From Candidatus Cryptobacteroides sp. (GTDB taxonomy: Bacteria; Bacteroidota; Bacteroidia; Bacteroidales; UBA932): a stretch of 64,000 nucleotides of DNA. The notes under the pieces were generated by a model that saw only the letters and a list, made by a program, of their open reading frames with translations, did not search any database and had not been told where the DNA came from. The DNA lies in contig JAZRGY010000083.1 in NCBI GenBank assembly GCA_045644485.1, forward strand, positions 10,313 through 74,312. The letters run 5' to 3'. The position numbers and the translations under genes are program-made. The first letter of the stretch is position 1; each line of letters opens with the position of its first letter. Below are positions 1-10,188 of the stretch, piece after piece.

Positions 1-402
1 ATTGGCTACAGTATTGAGCAGACAAACCGAAAATCCGCATACAAATGCACCCAAGAGATAGATAAAGAAATTGGCAGGAAGACCGGCAAGAGAGAAGCCT
101 ACACCTATTCTTCCTGAGAGGAACTGAATCAGCACTCCCACAAATCCGACTCCCACACCTGTCAGAACGGTCTTCTTGTAACCGATTCTTGTGATTAGTC
201 TTCCGGCCGGCAGTCCCATGAACAGGTAAGCAAGGAAGTTCATCATGTTACCCATCATTCCCCATGCATTGGAACCTTCGATACCAGGCTGGTATTTCCA
301 GATAACTCCGATAGGAGCGGCAAGATTAGTCACAAACGCAATCATTCCCATAAGGAAAATCATCGTAAGGACAGCAATCCAGTTTGTCTTATTCTTATTC
401 AT
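1..402 (-). CDS. MFS sugar:H+ symporter, FucP/GluP family (N-terminal part; runs off window start)
   Basis: Not in the ORF track. Read manually from ATG at 402: MNKNKTNWIAVLTMIFLMGMIAFVTNLAAPIGVIWKYQ...NFLAYLFMGLPAGRLITRIGYKKT...LLGAFVCGFSVCLLNTVAN, with hydrophobic helices and the FucP-type 'IGYKK' loop. Confidence 0.85.
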   Translation of the reverse strand, partial: MNKNKTNWIAVLTMIFLMGMIAFVTNLAAPIGVIWKYQPGIEGSNAWGMMGNMMNFLAYLFMGLPAGRLITRIGYKKTVLTGVGVGFVGVLIQFLSGRIGVGFSLAGLPANFFIYLLGAFVCGFSVCLLNTVAN

Positions 403-479
403 TTTGATAATGTTTATTAAATTTTCCAAAAAAGCGCGTCTAAGTTACAAAATTTATTTGAAACATACGTCCTTAATAA

Positions 480-569
480 CAAATTAGCAGGCATCCCTCC
501 CCAAGGATGCCTGCCGTATATAAAACGAACTTAACAAATAGACACGAAAAAATATTTTTCTGATGTCTG
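480..569 (-). ncRNA. candidate small RNA (or terminated leader of the MFS gene)
   Basis: A perfect -7 element (TAACTTTG, 574-581, minus) is followed by a weak 5' hairpin, a U-rich stretch and a GC-rich 10-bp hairpin with a T-rich tail. No convincing ORF. Ends are approximate. Confidence 0.45.
487..514 (-). terminator. intrinsic terminator-like hairpin
   Basis: GCAGGCATCC-N8-GGATGCCTGC perfect 10-bp stem, followed on the minus strand by TAATTTGTTATT. Confidence 0.6.
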
Positions 570-573
570 CATG

Positions 574-581
574 CAAAGTTA
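574..581 (-). promoter_or_regulatory. Bacteroidetes housekeeping -7 promoter element (TAACTTTG)
   Basis: Exact match to TAnnTTTG in an AT-rich intergenic region. Confidence 0.6.
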
Positions 582-658
582 ATGATTTTAATGAAAATGG
601 CAAATTTTATGTCAATATTTCAAAGAGACCCCCTCTATTCGGTTAAAAATAAAATCAG

Positions 659-666
659 TATCTTTG
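659..666 (+). promoter_or_regulatory. -7 promoter element (TATCTTTG)
   Basis: TAnnTTTG match 8 nt before ATG 675. Confidence 0.65.
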
Positions 667-674
667 CACACGCT

Positions 675-1289
675 ATGAAACACAGAAATTCTATCATCCT
701 GATAATATCTTTGCTTCTGTCAAGCATCACATGCCTTGCAACCAGCAAAGACAATAAGACAATAAAAGGCTTCTCCGGCGGAATGATGGTTCACACCGGA
801 TATCTCACAGGCTGCGACAACCCTTTCAACTACAACGCTTCCGGAGCCACATTCGGTATCGGCGGTGTAGCAAAACTCCACCTTACAGACCATTTCAGAG
901 CCGGTTTTGAAGGATATTTCTCCAGCATGGGACTCAGCAGAAACATCAGCAGCGGCAGTTTCAACAAGGTTTTCTGGACGGGAGCCCTGGCTGACTGGTA
1001 CTGGAAGATCGGTAAGTTCTACCCTTACGTAGGTGCGACTGTGGGAGGAGGAATGGAAACGGCATTCTATATGTTCGAAGGAGACAAGCATGACTGGATT
1101 CCCGAAACCAGTGCAGTCTACAACAAGAAGCCGTTCTTCGCTTTCGATCCTTTCATAGGTGTGGAGTACGCTGTAGGATCTGCCCTTCACCTAACCCTGA
1201 AGGCTGATTGGCTGCTCGCCGTAAACAAGGACGGACTGAACCGTCCTATGGGTCCGCGCATTTATTTCGGATTCATTTTCTCCCATTAA
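675..1289 (+). CDS. small outer-membrane beta-barrel protein (hypothetical)
   Basis: Start moved to 675 ([22 protein letters not shown] signal peptide, downstream of the -7 element). Gly/aromatic alternating beta-strands and C-terminal [10 protein letters not shown]. Confidence 0.7.
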   Translation: MKHRNSIILIISLLLSSITCLATSKDNKTIKGFSGGMMVHTGYLTGCDNPFNYNASGATFGIGGVAKLHLTDHFRAGFEGYFSSMGLSRNISSGSFNKVFWTGALADWYWKIGKFYPYVGATVGGGMETAFYMFEGDKHDWIPETSAVYNKKPFFAFDPFIGVEYAVGSALHLTLKADWLLAVNKDGLNRPMGPRIYFGFIFSH

Positions 1290-1344
1290 TCAAAACAGGT
1301 CTGATAATTGCCTGTGTCTGGCTGAACTTCAAACAGACACAGAA

Positions 1345-2181
1345 ATGATCTATACATTACCCCCGCTTCCTTACGCGTCAGACGCATTGGAGCCAAGAAT
1401 GAGTCAAGAGACCATCGAGTACCACTACGGAAAACATCTCCAGACCTATATCGACAATCTCAACACCTTGATTATCGGCACCCCCTACGAGAACATGAGT
1501 CTGGAATCAATCATCATGACCGCTTCCGGACCTGTATTCAACAATGCCGCCCAGGTGTGGAACCACGCCTTCTTCTTCGATTCTCTTTCTCCAGATCCTA
1601 AATCCATGCCTCTGGAACTTAAGGACTTCCTTATCAGAGACTTCGGTTCCGTAGAGACATTCAAGGAGCAGTTCAAGAAAGCCGCAACAAGTCTTTTCGG
1701 ATCCGGTTGGGTATGGCTGGTACAGGACGAGGGTGGAAAACTGCACATCATTCAGGAATCAAACGCTGGAAATCCTCTGCGCAACGGCTACAAACCCCTT
1801 CTGACAATCGACGTTTGGGAACATGCCTACTACATAGACTATCGCAACAGAAGGGCGGAATTCGTAGACAGGTGCTGGGAACTCATCAACTGGAAAAGAG
1901 TCATCAAAAGAATGCATAAGCCCATGCCCGTAAGCGACGAAACAATTGTCGTGGCAGAGACGACCAGAGACGGAGTGACAGAAGTCATGGCAGAAGCGAT
2001 TCTGGAAGACGAAAATGACATGCAGAAGTACGTATGCGTGACTTGCGGCTGGATTTACGACCCGGCAGAAGGAGATCCCGAGAACGGAGTTCCTCCTGGC
2101 ACACCGTTCAAGGACCTGCCTGATGAGTGGACTTGTCCCGCATGCGGAGTCGGCAAGGAATACTTCGAACCTGAGAGATAG
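1345..2181 (+). CDS. sodB: Fe-type superoxide dismutase fused to a C-terminal rubredoxin domain
   Basis: [20 protein letters not shown] and [11 protein letters not shown] motifs, then a ~37-aa linker, then [15 protein letters not shown]...WTCPACG rubredoxin (2020-2178). Confidence 0.93.
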   Translation: MIYTLPPLPYASDALEPRMSQETIEYHYGKHLQTYIDNLNTLIIGTPYENMSLESIIMTASGPVFNNAAQVWNHAFFFDSLSPDPKSMPLELKDFLIRDFGSVETFKEQFKKAATSLFGSGWVWLVQDEGGKLHIIQESNAGNPLRNGYKPLLTIDVWEHAYYIDYRNRRAEFVDRCWELINWKRVIKRMHKPMPVSDETIVVAETTRDGVTEVMAEAILEDENDMQKYVCVTCGWIYDPAEGDPENGVPPGTPFKDLPDEWTCPACGVGKEYFEPER

Positions 2182-2224
2182 AATAACCGGTCGGATGACA
2201 AGATTTGTCATCCGACCGGTTATT
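2182..2224. terminator. perfect 20-bp hairpin between convergent genes (bidirectional terminator or REP-derived)
   Basis: AATAACCGGTCGGATGACAA-GAT-TTGTCATCCGACCGGTTATT directly after the sod stop. Confidence 0.75.
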
Positions 2225-2248
2225 TCACTGTTCTGTCATTCAGATAGA

Positions 2249-4159
2249 CTAGAGCGAAGCAAGGTTCATATCATTCACGATATTCTTGCCTTCCGGAGTG
2301 TAGGCATACTCCATATTAGCCTTGTAAGCCTCCTCTACTCTTCCTCGTACGACCTTCATCGAACTGTTGAGGAAATGGTTCTGCTCTGTCCAAGGTTCAG
2401 GAAGAACGCAGACTGCAGCAGGAAGCCACCTTTCAGGGAACGCTCCGTAGAGACGCCCACCCTTACGATACATATTTACTTCAGACTCAAGAAGTTCCAA
2501 CATCTTTACCTTAGCCTCTCTTGTTGAAGGATCGAGTCCGAGTCCCTTTGCATAAGCCTTGAGGGCATCCTTGTTAGGAGTAATGAGCGCAATGGTATAT
2601 GGATCCTGACTGTTATGCAGAATCGCTCCGTCGATATATTTAGAACTCTCGACAAGGTTCTCCTCGATTCCCTCCGGTGAATATTTCTCTCCGTCAGCAG
2701 CGATAAGAAGTGACTTGAATCGTCCCACTACATAAAGCATCTCCGAATCACGCATGTATCCCATGTCACCTGTATGAAGCCATCCGTCAACGATTGTATC
2801 TGCTGTAGACTTAGGATTCTTCCAATATCCTGCCATCACATTCTCACCTTTGATGCAGATCTCACCCTTGGATCCGAACGGCTGCTCCACTCCGTCAGCA
2901 TCAAGAATCTTGATTTCCATAGGAGAAACCACCTTTCCTGACGAACCGAAGATATGTTTTACAGGAGAGTTTGCAGAAATGATAGGTGTTGCCTCCGAAA
3001 GGCCATAACCCTGATACATAGGAATGCCGATGGCATAATAATATCTCTGGAGGTCAATGTCAAGAAGCGCACCACCACCGACAAAGAACTTCATCTGACC
3101 ACCGAGACCCTCGCGGACAGCCTTGAAGATGATCTTGTCGAAAAGAGCCATAAGAGGCTTGCGGAAGATATCAGCAAACTCAGTACCCTTGTTGTATCCT
3201 TCCTTGTTGTATGCAATAGCGTTCTTAAGGGCAAAATTATAAAGTTTCTCGACAGTCTTTCCCTTTCTGGAAATAGTGCTCTCAATACTCTTCTTGAAAT
3301 TCTTGGCAAGTGTAGGGACCGAAAGCATAACATTAGGCTTGAGTTCCTGGATACTTGGAGAAATGTTTCTGAGAGCCTCCTTGCCGCTCTTGCCTGAAGG
3401 AACTGTACCGAAAGATGCACCGTAAGACATCATCGTATACATACCTGCCACATGAGCGAAGCAATGGTCCAAAGGAATGATTATGAGCATCTTGTCTGTC
3501 TCGTCAACACCGATGACCGAATGGGCCTGCTCGACATTGGCAGTATAGTTCCTGTGAGTCAGGAGAATACCCTTAGGATCTGCTGTCGTACCGGAAGTGT
3601 AACTGATGTTGGCATAATCGTCCGGACCGACTGACTTATATCTCTGGATGAACATATCCTCGTGTTCCGCAAGGAAGGCATCTCCCATCTCCATGATCTC
3701 GCTGATATAGATCTCATTGTCCTGCTTGTCAGGAACCTCATCAAAGATGATGACCTTCTCCACCATCGGACACTCCGGAAGGATTGCCCTGACCTTAGGA
3801 AGTTGGAACTTCGAGGTTATTACATATTTCGAATCAGAATGCTTTACTCTGAATACAAGGTCATTGGTCTCACCAAGTTTTATGGATAGTGGCACATTCA
3901 CGGCACCGGCATAAAGAACACCGAGTTCTCCGATTACCCACATATCACGACCTTCGCTAAGATAAGAGATCTTCTCTCCCTTCTGCACTCCAAGAGCCAT
4001 GAGTCCGGCTGCAATACGCTTTGCCTTGGCCAAGGTCTCTTCATAAGTGGTAGACTCCCATACATTGGTATCAAGGTTCTTCTCCCACAGATATGGATTC
4101 TTGGAATACTTGGCAACATACTTCTCTACGAAGTCAATGATTGTCAATCGTTCTGTCAT
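2249..4159 (-). CDS. fadD: long-chain fatty acid-CoA ligase (AMP-binding)
   Basis: YTSGTTADPKG, GYGLSE and GWLHTGD adenylate-forming motifs. Confidence 0.9.
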   Translation of the reverse strand: MTERLTIIDFVEKYVAKYSKNPYLWEKNLDTNVWESTTYEETLAKAKRIAAGLMALGVQKGEKISYLSEGRDMWVIGELGVLYAGAVNVPLSIKLGETNDLVFRVKHSDSKYVITSKFQLPKVRAILPECPMVEKVIIFDEVPDKQDNEIYISEIMEMGDAFLAEHEDMFIQRYKSVGPDDYANISYTSGTTADPKGILLTHRNYTANVEQAHSVIGVDETDKMLIIIPLDHCFAHVAGMYTMMSYGASFGTVPSGKSGKEALRNISPSIQELKPNVMLSVPTLAKNFKKSIESTISRKGKTVEKLYNFALKNAIAYNKEGYNKGTEFADIFRKPLMALFDKIIFKAVREGLGGQMKFFVGGGALLDIDLQRYYYAIGIPMYQGYGLSEATPIISANSPVKHIFGSSGKVVSPMEIKILDADGVEQPFGSKGEICIKGENVMAGYWKNPKSTADTIVDGWLHTGDMGYMRDSEMLYVVGRFKSLLIAADGEKYSPEGIEENLVESSKYIDGAILHNSQDPYTIALITPNKDALKAYAKGLGLDPSTREAKVKMLELLESEVNMYRKGGRLYGAFPERWLPAAVCVLPEPWTEQNHFLNSSMKVVRGRVEEAYKANMEYAYTPEGKNIVNDMNLASL

Positions 4160-4184
4160 AATATTCAGTTTTAAGTTTCAGTTT

Positions 4185-4805
4185 CTACTCATTAGGGAAA
4201 AGACCGAAAAGTTCAGCATCGATCTTGTCCACAACTTCCTGAAAGTCTTCAGGACGGTTCTCGAACTTGATACGGTCCACATCAAGGATAAGAAGTTTAT
4301 GCTTGTAATCCTTGATCCAGTTTTCATAACGTTCGTTAAGGCCTGTGATATAGTCGATTCGGATGCTCTTCTCGTATTCACGTCCCCTTTTCTGGATCTG
4401 ACCGATAAGGTTAGGGATGGAACTTCTGAGATAGATGAGAAGATCAGGAGGATTGACCAGAGACATCATAAGGTCGAACAAGTCCGAATAGTTTTCGAAA
4501 TCCCTGGTGGTCATCAGACCCATGCCGTGCAGATTAGGAGCAAAGATACGTGCATCCTCATAGATCGTGCGGTCCTGGATTATGACTTCGTCAAGTTTCG
4601 ATATGTCCACGACATCCTTGAAGCGTTTATTGAGGAAATATACCTGAAGGTTGAATGACCACCTTTCCATATCCTCATAGAAATCCGCGAGATATGGATT
4701 ATAATCTACAGACTCAAACTTGGGAGTCCAGCCATAATGGGCTGCAAGCATCTTGGTAAGAGTTGTCTTTCCACTGCCTATATTACCTGCTATCGCTATA
4801 TGCAT
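4185..4805 (-). CDS. deoxynucleoside kinase (dAK/dGK family)
   Basis: IAIAGNIGSGKTT P-loop, QDRTIYED and RGREYE lid. Confidence 0.92.
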   Translation of the reverse strand: MHIAIAGNIGSGKTTLTKMLAAHYGWTPKFESVDYNPYLADFYEDMERWSFNLQVYFLNKRFKDVVDISKLDEVIIQDRTIYEDARIFAPNLHGMGLMTTRDFENYSDLFDLMMSLVNPPDLLIYLRSSIPNLIGQIQKRGREYEKSIRIDYITGLNERYENWIKDYKHKLLILDVDRIKFENRPEDFQEVVDKIDAELFGLFPNE

Positions 4806-4835
4806 GATTATTGTAATTTAATTCAAAATAGTTTA

Positions 4836-4864
4836 CAAACATACTGATTTTTAATGTAAATTTG
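4836..4864. promoter_or_regulatory. back-to-back divergent -7 elements
   Basis: CAAACATA (minus-strand TATGTTTG)-N13-TAAATTTG. Confidence 0.65.
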
Positions 4865-4885
4865 TATGTTTTAAAAAATTTTTTG

Positions 4886-5587
4886 ATGATACACATAGAA
4901 CATTTCACATTCAATTCCTTCCAGACCAACTGCTACATCACATGGGACGAAAACGGACAATGCGCAATCGTCGACCCTGGATGCTCTTCTGAAGCAGAAA
5001 TTTCAGCACTCACAGATTTCATCGAAAAGAAAGGACTCGAACCGGTCTGCATCCTCCTGACACACTGCCATTTCGACCACATCTACGGAATGTCGGCACT
5101 CGCCAAGGCGTATGAAATCCCGGTCCATGCCGACATGAAGGAAATGTTCTCAATCGATGTCACTAACCCACAGATCTGCAAGTCTCTCGGATTCGAACTT
5201 CCGGAAACATTCCCTATCATCAAGACCATAAGGGAAGCGGCTATCCCAAGCAGGGCTGAATTCGTGTGGGAAGGGGATGTGATAAGCGTAGGAAATCTCA
5301 ATTTCGAGGTCATTTCCACTCCCGGTCATTCAAAGGGAGGCGTATGCTATCTTGAACGCAACGAAAAGGTCCTCTTCTCAGGAGACACACTTTTTGCCGG
5401 CGCCATCGGACGCACAGACCATCCGGGCGGTGACTATGACCAGATGATGCGCAGCATCTTCGAGAAACTTCTGATGCTCGAAGGAGAGACCCGCATCCTT
5501 CCGGGACATGGTCCGTCAAGCGACATCTCCACAGAGCGAATGACCAACCCTTTCCTGATGCCGTTCAACGAACCTTACGAAGACTAA
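4886..5587 (+). CDS. MBL-fold metallo-hydrolase (glyoxalase II/YcbL-like)
   Basis: THCHFDH, TPGHS, SGDTLF and PGHG motifs. Start moved to ATG 4886, downstream of the promoter. Confidence 0.88.
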   Translation: MIHIEHFTFNSFQTNCYITWDENGQCAIVDPGCSSEAEISALTDFIEKKGLEPVCILLTHCHFDHIYGMSALAKAYEIPVHADMKEMFSIDVTNPQICKSLGFELPETFPIIKTIREAAIPSRAEFVWEGDVISVGNLNFEVISTPGHSKGGVCYLERNEKVLFSGDTLFAGAIGRTDHPGGDYDQMMRSIFEKLLMLEGETRILPGHGPSSDISTERMTNPFLMPFNEPYED

Positions 5588-5590
5588 AGC

Positions 5591-7276
5591 CTATAAGGTC
5601 TGACCGTCGATGAATTCGCGGAGGATGGAAGTAGGGGGTATTGCGTCTATTTCAGAAGGGGACAAAGCGACTATATAGCCCAGGAACTTCAGCAGACGGG
5701 TAGCCTCGACATATGCAGGAGAAGTCGGAGATATCCTGCGAAGAAGCGGTTCCGCATAATATTTCAGCACAGGAAGTTCGAATATATGAGCCGAGTTAAA
5801 CACTACATCGGCATTCTCCTGATAAGGGAATATGTTCCTGTTCTCGCCGCGACGCACGCTCTGCCATCTCATTATCGTACTTTCGGGAGAGACTCCGCGG
5901 GTGCGGTTGTCGCGTATCATGCGTCGAAGCATGCGGTTGTCCGAAGTCGAAATGTTGTTATTCTCGTCGATTGAAAGAGAGGTGAGGGCTGAAGCATAGA
6001 CACGGAAGACTTTCGACTGGTCGACCCCCGGAATCATGGCAGGATTCAAGGCATGGATACCTTCCATGATGAGAATATCCTTCTCACGGAGTTGCATCAT
6101 ATTTCCCTCGAAATATTTACGACCTTCCTTGAAATCGAAGCGCGGAATCTCCACTTCCTTGCCATCAAGCAGGTCGTTGAGTTGACGTCCGAGAAGTTCC
6201 AGATCCATGGCACCGAGACATTCAAAGTCATATTCACCATTTTCGTCCTTCGGAGTCATCTCTCTTTCGACGAAATAGTTATCGAGTTCGATTACCTTAG
6301 GATTCAGTCCAAGAATCCTGCACTGAAGTGCCAGCCTCTTGGATGTGGATGTCTTGCCGCTGCTTGAAGGCCCCGCTATGAAAACAATCTTCACACCACC
6401 TCTACGGGCATATATCTGATTTGCAATATCCGCATATTTCCTTTCGTGAAGAGCCTCAGACAGGTTTATCAGGTCGACAACCTCTCCAGAAAGCACCTTT
6501 TCATTCAGTTTTCCTATTCCACGGACACCCATTATCGAACACCAGTCCGAGTGTTCATCCAGAGCGGTAGCAAGTTTGGACTGCCTTTTCATCGGAAGCA
6601 CCTTGTCCGGACAACCATCCATAGGATACTGAAGACAGAATCCGTCATTGAAGCCCATTATATCGAATATCTTCAGCAGTCCAGTAGAAGAAACAAGGGG
6701 ACCATAGAATGTATCAACTTGACTATCAAGAAAATAAGCATTATTATATGGGCGACTGAGGGCTCTGAAGAGATTGACCTTCTCATACTGATGATTGGCT
6801 GAAAAAAGTCTTTCACACTCTTCTAGTTCCAGTACCTTCTTAGAGAAAGGAAGGTCTGCTTCGACCTTCTCTCTCATCCGGGAAGCAATCTCAACAATCT
6901 GGTCATCGGTCAGAAAATAGACTTTGGGGCGACCGTCCTCCATAGGATCAAGTTCCCTTATCTCACAGTAAAGTCCGCTAGGAAGCGAATAATCTATCGC
7001 AAGTACCTTGTCAGGAAACATTTCCCTGACCACATTCTGAAGCACAAAGCACAGAGACCTGATGTATGTACGACGACCGTCAGGATGGTCATATCCGACA
7101 AAACGCACATTGTGAGGATTTATGACTCTGAAATCCAACGATTTGAGTTTATTATCCACCAATGCCGCAAGAGGAGTGTATGAACATGCATTCTGAGAGA
7201 GTTCTTTCAAGGTCGTACCCATCGGTACCACAACATATGCCCCCGTATTCTCGCAATAGACTCGTATACTTTCCAT
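5591..7276 (-). CDS. udk: uridine/nucleoside kinase with N-terminal ThrRS-like (TGS/second additional) domains
   Basis: AGPSSSGKT P-loop, LDNYF, EGIHALNP and RRMIRD. The N-terminus resembles the ThrRS N-terminal region. Confidence 0.8.
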   Translation of the reverse strand: MESIRVYCENTGAYVVVPMGTTLKELSQNACSYTPLAALVDNKLKSLDFRVINPHNVRFVGYDHPDGRRTYIRSLCFVLQNVVREMFPDKVLAIDYSLPSGLYCEIRELDPMEDGRPKVYFLTDDQIVEIASRMREKVEADLPFSKKVLELEECERLFSANHQYEKVNLFRALSRPYNNAYFLDSQVDTFYGPLVSSTGLLKIFDIMGFNDGFCLQYPMDGCPDKVLPMKRQSKLATALDEHSDWCSIMGVRGIGKLNEKVLSGEVVDLINLSEALHERKYADIANQIYARRGGVKIVFIAGPSSSGKTSTSKRLALQCRILGLNPKVIELDNYFVEREMTPKDENGEYDFECLGAMDLELLGRQLNDLLDGKEVEIPRFDFKEGRKYFEGNMMQLREKDILIMEGIHALNPAMIPGVDQSKVFRVYASALTSLSIDENNNISTSDNRMLRRMIRDNRTRGVSPESTIMRWQSVRRGENRNIFPYQENADVVFNSAHIFELPVLKYYAEPLLRRISPTSPAYVEATRLLKFLGYIVALSPSEIDAIPPTSILREFIDGQTL

Positions 7277-7308
7277 AGCGTATTTTATATTATAGCAATA
7301 ATCAACAT

Positions 7309-10125
7309 TTAAAAGAGTATTTCCTTAAGGAACGGTCCGGTGACCGACGAAGGATCTCCGGCGATCTGTTCCGGCGTACCTTCAGCAACTATCATTCCTC
7401 CCTTCTTTCCTCCTTCAGGTCCCATGTCGAAGATATAATCGACGGACTTGAGGACATCGAGATTATGTTCTATGACAATGACTGTATTGCCTTGATCCAC
7501 CAACTGCTGAAGGACATCCAGAAGGACCTTTATGTCATCGAAGTGCAGACCTGTTGTGGGCTCATCCAGGATGTACAATGTATTTCCTGTGCTGCGCTTG
7601 GCCAGTTCTGAAGCAAGTTTCATTCGCTGGCTCTCCCCTCCTGAAAGGGTGACAGCCGACTGACCGAGTCTCACATAGCCCAGACCCACGTCCACCATAG
7701 CCTTGAGTTTCTGCGCTATCGACGGGATATTCGAGAAGAACTCGTACGCCTCGCTTACAGGCATCTCAAGCACATCGTTTATATTCTTTCCCTTGTACTT
7801 GACCGCCAAAGTGTCATTCTTGTATCTCCTTCCCCGGCATTCGTTGCATACGACATTGACCGAAGGAAGGAAGTTCATCTCTATGACCTTTATTCCTGCA
7901 CCCTTGCATTCCTCGCATCTTCCTCCTGGTACATTGAAAGAGAAGCGTCCGGCCTTGAAACCTCGTACCTTGGCATCCGGAGTGGCCTCGAAGAGGGTAC
8001 GGATATCATTGAACACTCCTGTAAATGTAGCAGGATTGCTTCGCGGAGTACGTCCTATCGGACTCTGGTCGATCTCGATAAGTTTATCTATATTGTCTAT
8101 CCCCACAATGCTGTCATATGGCAGAGGCTGCATCTTGGCGTTGTAGAACTTGTTCTTCAGTACAGGCATGAGCGTCTCGTTTACCAGAGACGACTTGCCG
8201 CTTCCGCTGACACCGCTTATTCCTATGAGCATCCCAAGAGGAAAATCCACATCGATATTCTTGAGGTTGTTTCCCCTTGCTCCCCTTACGCCTAGAGTCA
8301 GTCCGTTTCCAAGACGTCGTTCCTCCGGGACCTCGATCTTCTTCTCTCCACGCAGATACTCCAGAGTGGTAGAATGCTGAACATTGCCTGAATGCCTGCT
8401 CTCCATGGATTCTTGCGAAGCGGATGCCGGGACTCCGGCAACACCGATGTCTGACACCGGTCCGCTGTAACATATGCGTCCTCCTGCCTCACCGGCTCCC
8501 GGACCAACATCCACAAGCCAGTCAGCCGCCATCATGGTCTCGGCATCATGCTCGACGACCATCACGGAATTGCCCTCGTCACGCAGTTTCTTCAACGACG
8601 CTATGAGTTTGCGGTTATCCCTCTGATGCAGACCGATGGAAGGCTCATCCAGAATATAAAGGACATTGACCAGTTTTGAACCTATCTGTGTAGCAAGCCT
8701 GATACGCTGACTTTCGCCTCCGGACAAGGATGCTGTCGCACGGTCCAGAGAAAGATAGTCCAGACCCACATCCAGAAGAAACTGAACCCTGTCCTTGAGT
8801 TCCTTCAGAATATCACGTGCGATCGTGCTCTCCCTCTTGCCGAAGATATTGTCCAGAGAATAGAGCCATTCCTTGAGTTGAGAAACCTCCATTGCGGAAA
8901 CTTCCGATATGGTCTTCCCGTCTATCTTGAAATATGAGGTCTCCTTGTTCAGACGCGTACCGCCGCACACCGGACATACGATCTTTTCATTGATATCTCC
9001 GACTATGCCGGAAAACGACACCATCTCCGAAGAAGTTCCCTCCCCCACTCTGAAGAGTTCGTCAGATCCGAACACGATGAGGGAGACCACCTCTTCCGGA
9101 AGTTCTTCGATAGGGTCATAAAGAGAAAAATTGTATTTACGGGCAATGGACCTTATCACATCGAACTTCTTGGTCTCTCTGATCTTGCCGAGAGGAACGA
9201 TACCGCCTTCTGCGATGGAAACAGAACGGTCAGGAATGATCGTATCCATATTCACATCCACTATGATTCCAAGACCCTTGCAATGAGGACAATATCCCTG
9301 CGGAGAGTTGAATGAAAACGAATGGGGAGCCGGTTCGGCAAGCGAAATGCCGGTATCCGGGCACACCAGGTGCTTGGAATAATGGTGGACAGTTTCCGTC
9401 TCCATATCCATGACAGCGAGAGATCCCTTTCCGAAATTCAGGGCCGACATCACGGAAGTCTTTATGCGTTTCTCATCCTTCTGCGAAGGCTTGAGACGGT
9501 CGACCACGAGTTCAATGAAATGGGCCTTGTATCTGTCCAGAGAAGTGACTTCATTAAGTTCGCACAATTCCCCGTCAATACGTACCTGGGTGTATCCCCT
9601 CTTGCGCATCTGCTCGAGAAGTTCCTTGTAATGACCTTTGCGTCCTTTGACCACAGGAGCAAGAAGATAACACTTACGGTCCTGATAGTTCTCCATGATC
9701 AGATTGACGATCTGCTCATCCGTATAACGGACCATCGCATTGCCGGTCTGAGGAGAATAGGCAGTGGATGCCCTCGCATAGAGAAGTCGGAGGAAGTCAT
9801 AGATTTCAGTGATGGTACCGACAGTGGAACGGGGATTGTTGCCGGTTGTCTTCTGCTCGATGGCGATTATAGGGCTCAGACCTGTGATCGACTCCACTTC
9901 CGGTTTTTCCAGAATACCCATGAAATGCTTGGCATATGTCGAAAGGGTATCCATGTATCTGCGCTGTCCCTCCGCATAAATCGTGTCAAATGCAAGAGAT
10001 GACTTGCCGCTGCCACTAAGTCCTGTCACAACCACAAAACTATCGCGGGGAATCGACAGTGACGCCCCCTTAAGATTATGGGCCTTCGCCCCTTTTATCT
10101 CGATATAATCCTTCTTCTTGTCCAT
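7309..10125 (-). CDS. uvrA: excinuclease ABC subunit A
   Basis: [23 protein letters not shown], two LSGGE signatures and Zn fingers. Start set at MDKKK (10125), downstream of TATATTTG (10133-10140). Confidence 0.97.
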   Translation of the reverse strand: MDKKKDYIEIKGAKAHNLKGASLSIPRDSFVVVTGLSGSGKSSLAFDTIYAEGQRRYMDTLSTYAKHFMGILEKPEVESITGLSPIIAIEQKTTGNNPRSTVGTITEIYDFLRLLYARASTAYSPQTGNAMVRYTDEQIVNLIMENYQDRKCYLLAPVVKGRKGHYKELLEQMRKRGYTQVRIDGELCELNEVTSLDRYKAHFIELVVDRLKPSQKDEKRIKTSVMSALNFGKGSLAVMDMETETVHHYSKHLVCPDTGISLAEPAPHSFSFNSPQGYCPHCKGLGIIVDVNMDTIIPDRSVSIAEGGIVPLGKIRETKKFDVIRSIARKYNFSLYDPIEELPEEVVSLIVFGSDELFRVGEGTSSEMVSFSGIVGDINEKIVCPVCGGTRLNKETSYFKIDGKTISEVSAMEVSQLKEWLYSLDNIFGKRESTIARDILKELKDRVQFLLDVGLDYLSLDRATASLSGGESQRIRLATQIGSKLVNVLYILDEPSIGLHQRDNRKLIASLKKLRDEGNSVMVVEHDAETMMAADWLVDVGPGAGEAGGRICYSGPVSDIGVAGVPASASQESMESRHSGNVQHSTTLEYLRGEKKIEVPEERRLGNGLTLGVRGARGNNLKNIDVDFPLGMLIGISGVSGSGKSSLVNETLMPVLKNKFYNAKMQPLPYDSIVGIDNIDKLIEIDQSPIGRTPRSNPATFTGVFNDIRTLFEATPDAKVRGFKAGRFSFNVPGGRCEECKGAGIKVIEMNFLPSVNVVCNECRGRRYKNDTLAVKYKGKNINDVLEMPVSEAYEFFSNIPSIAQKLKAMVDVGLGYVRLGQSAVTLSGGESQRMKLASELAKRSTGNTLYILDEPTTGLHFDDIKVLLDVLQQLVDQGNTVIVIEHNLDVLKSVDYIFDMGPEGGKKGGMIVAEGTPEQIAGDPSSVTGPFLKEILF

Positions 10126-10188
10126 AGGCTTACAAATATAAGGATTTATTCGTAAATTTAGCACCGCTAACATTTAACGGATAGACCG

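Noticed and set aside
245-487. 80-aa plus-strand ORF
   Set aside because: It is antisense to the real MFS transporter gene (1-402, minus), which the ORF track missed.
5591-7276. ThrRS-like domain fused to uridine kinase
   Set aside because: A known, widespread architecture in anaerobes.
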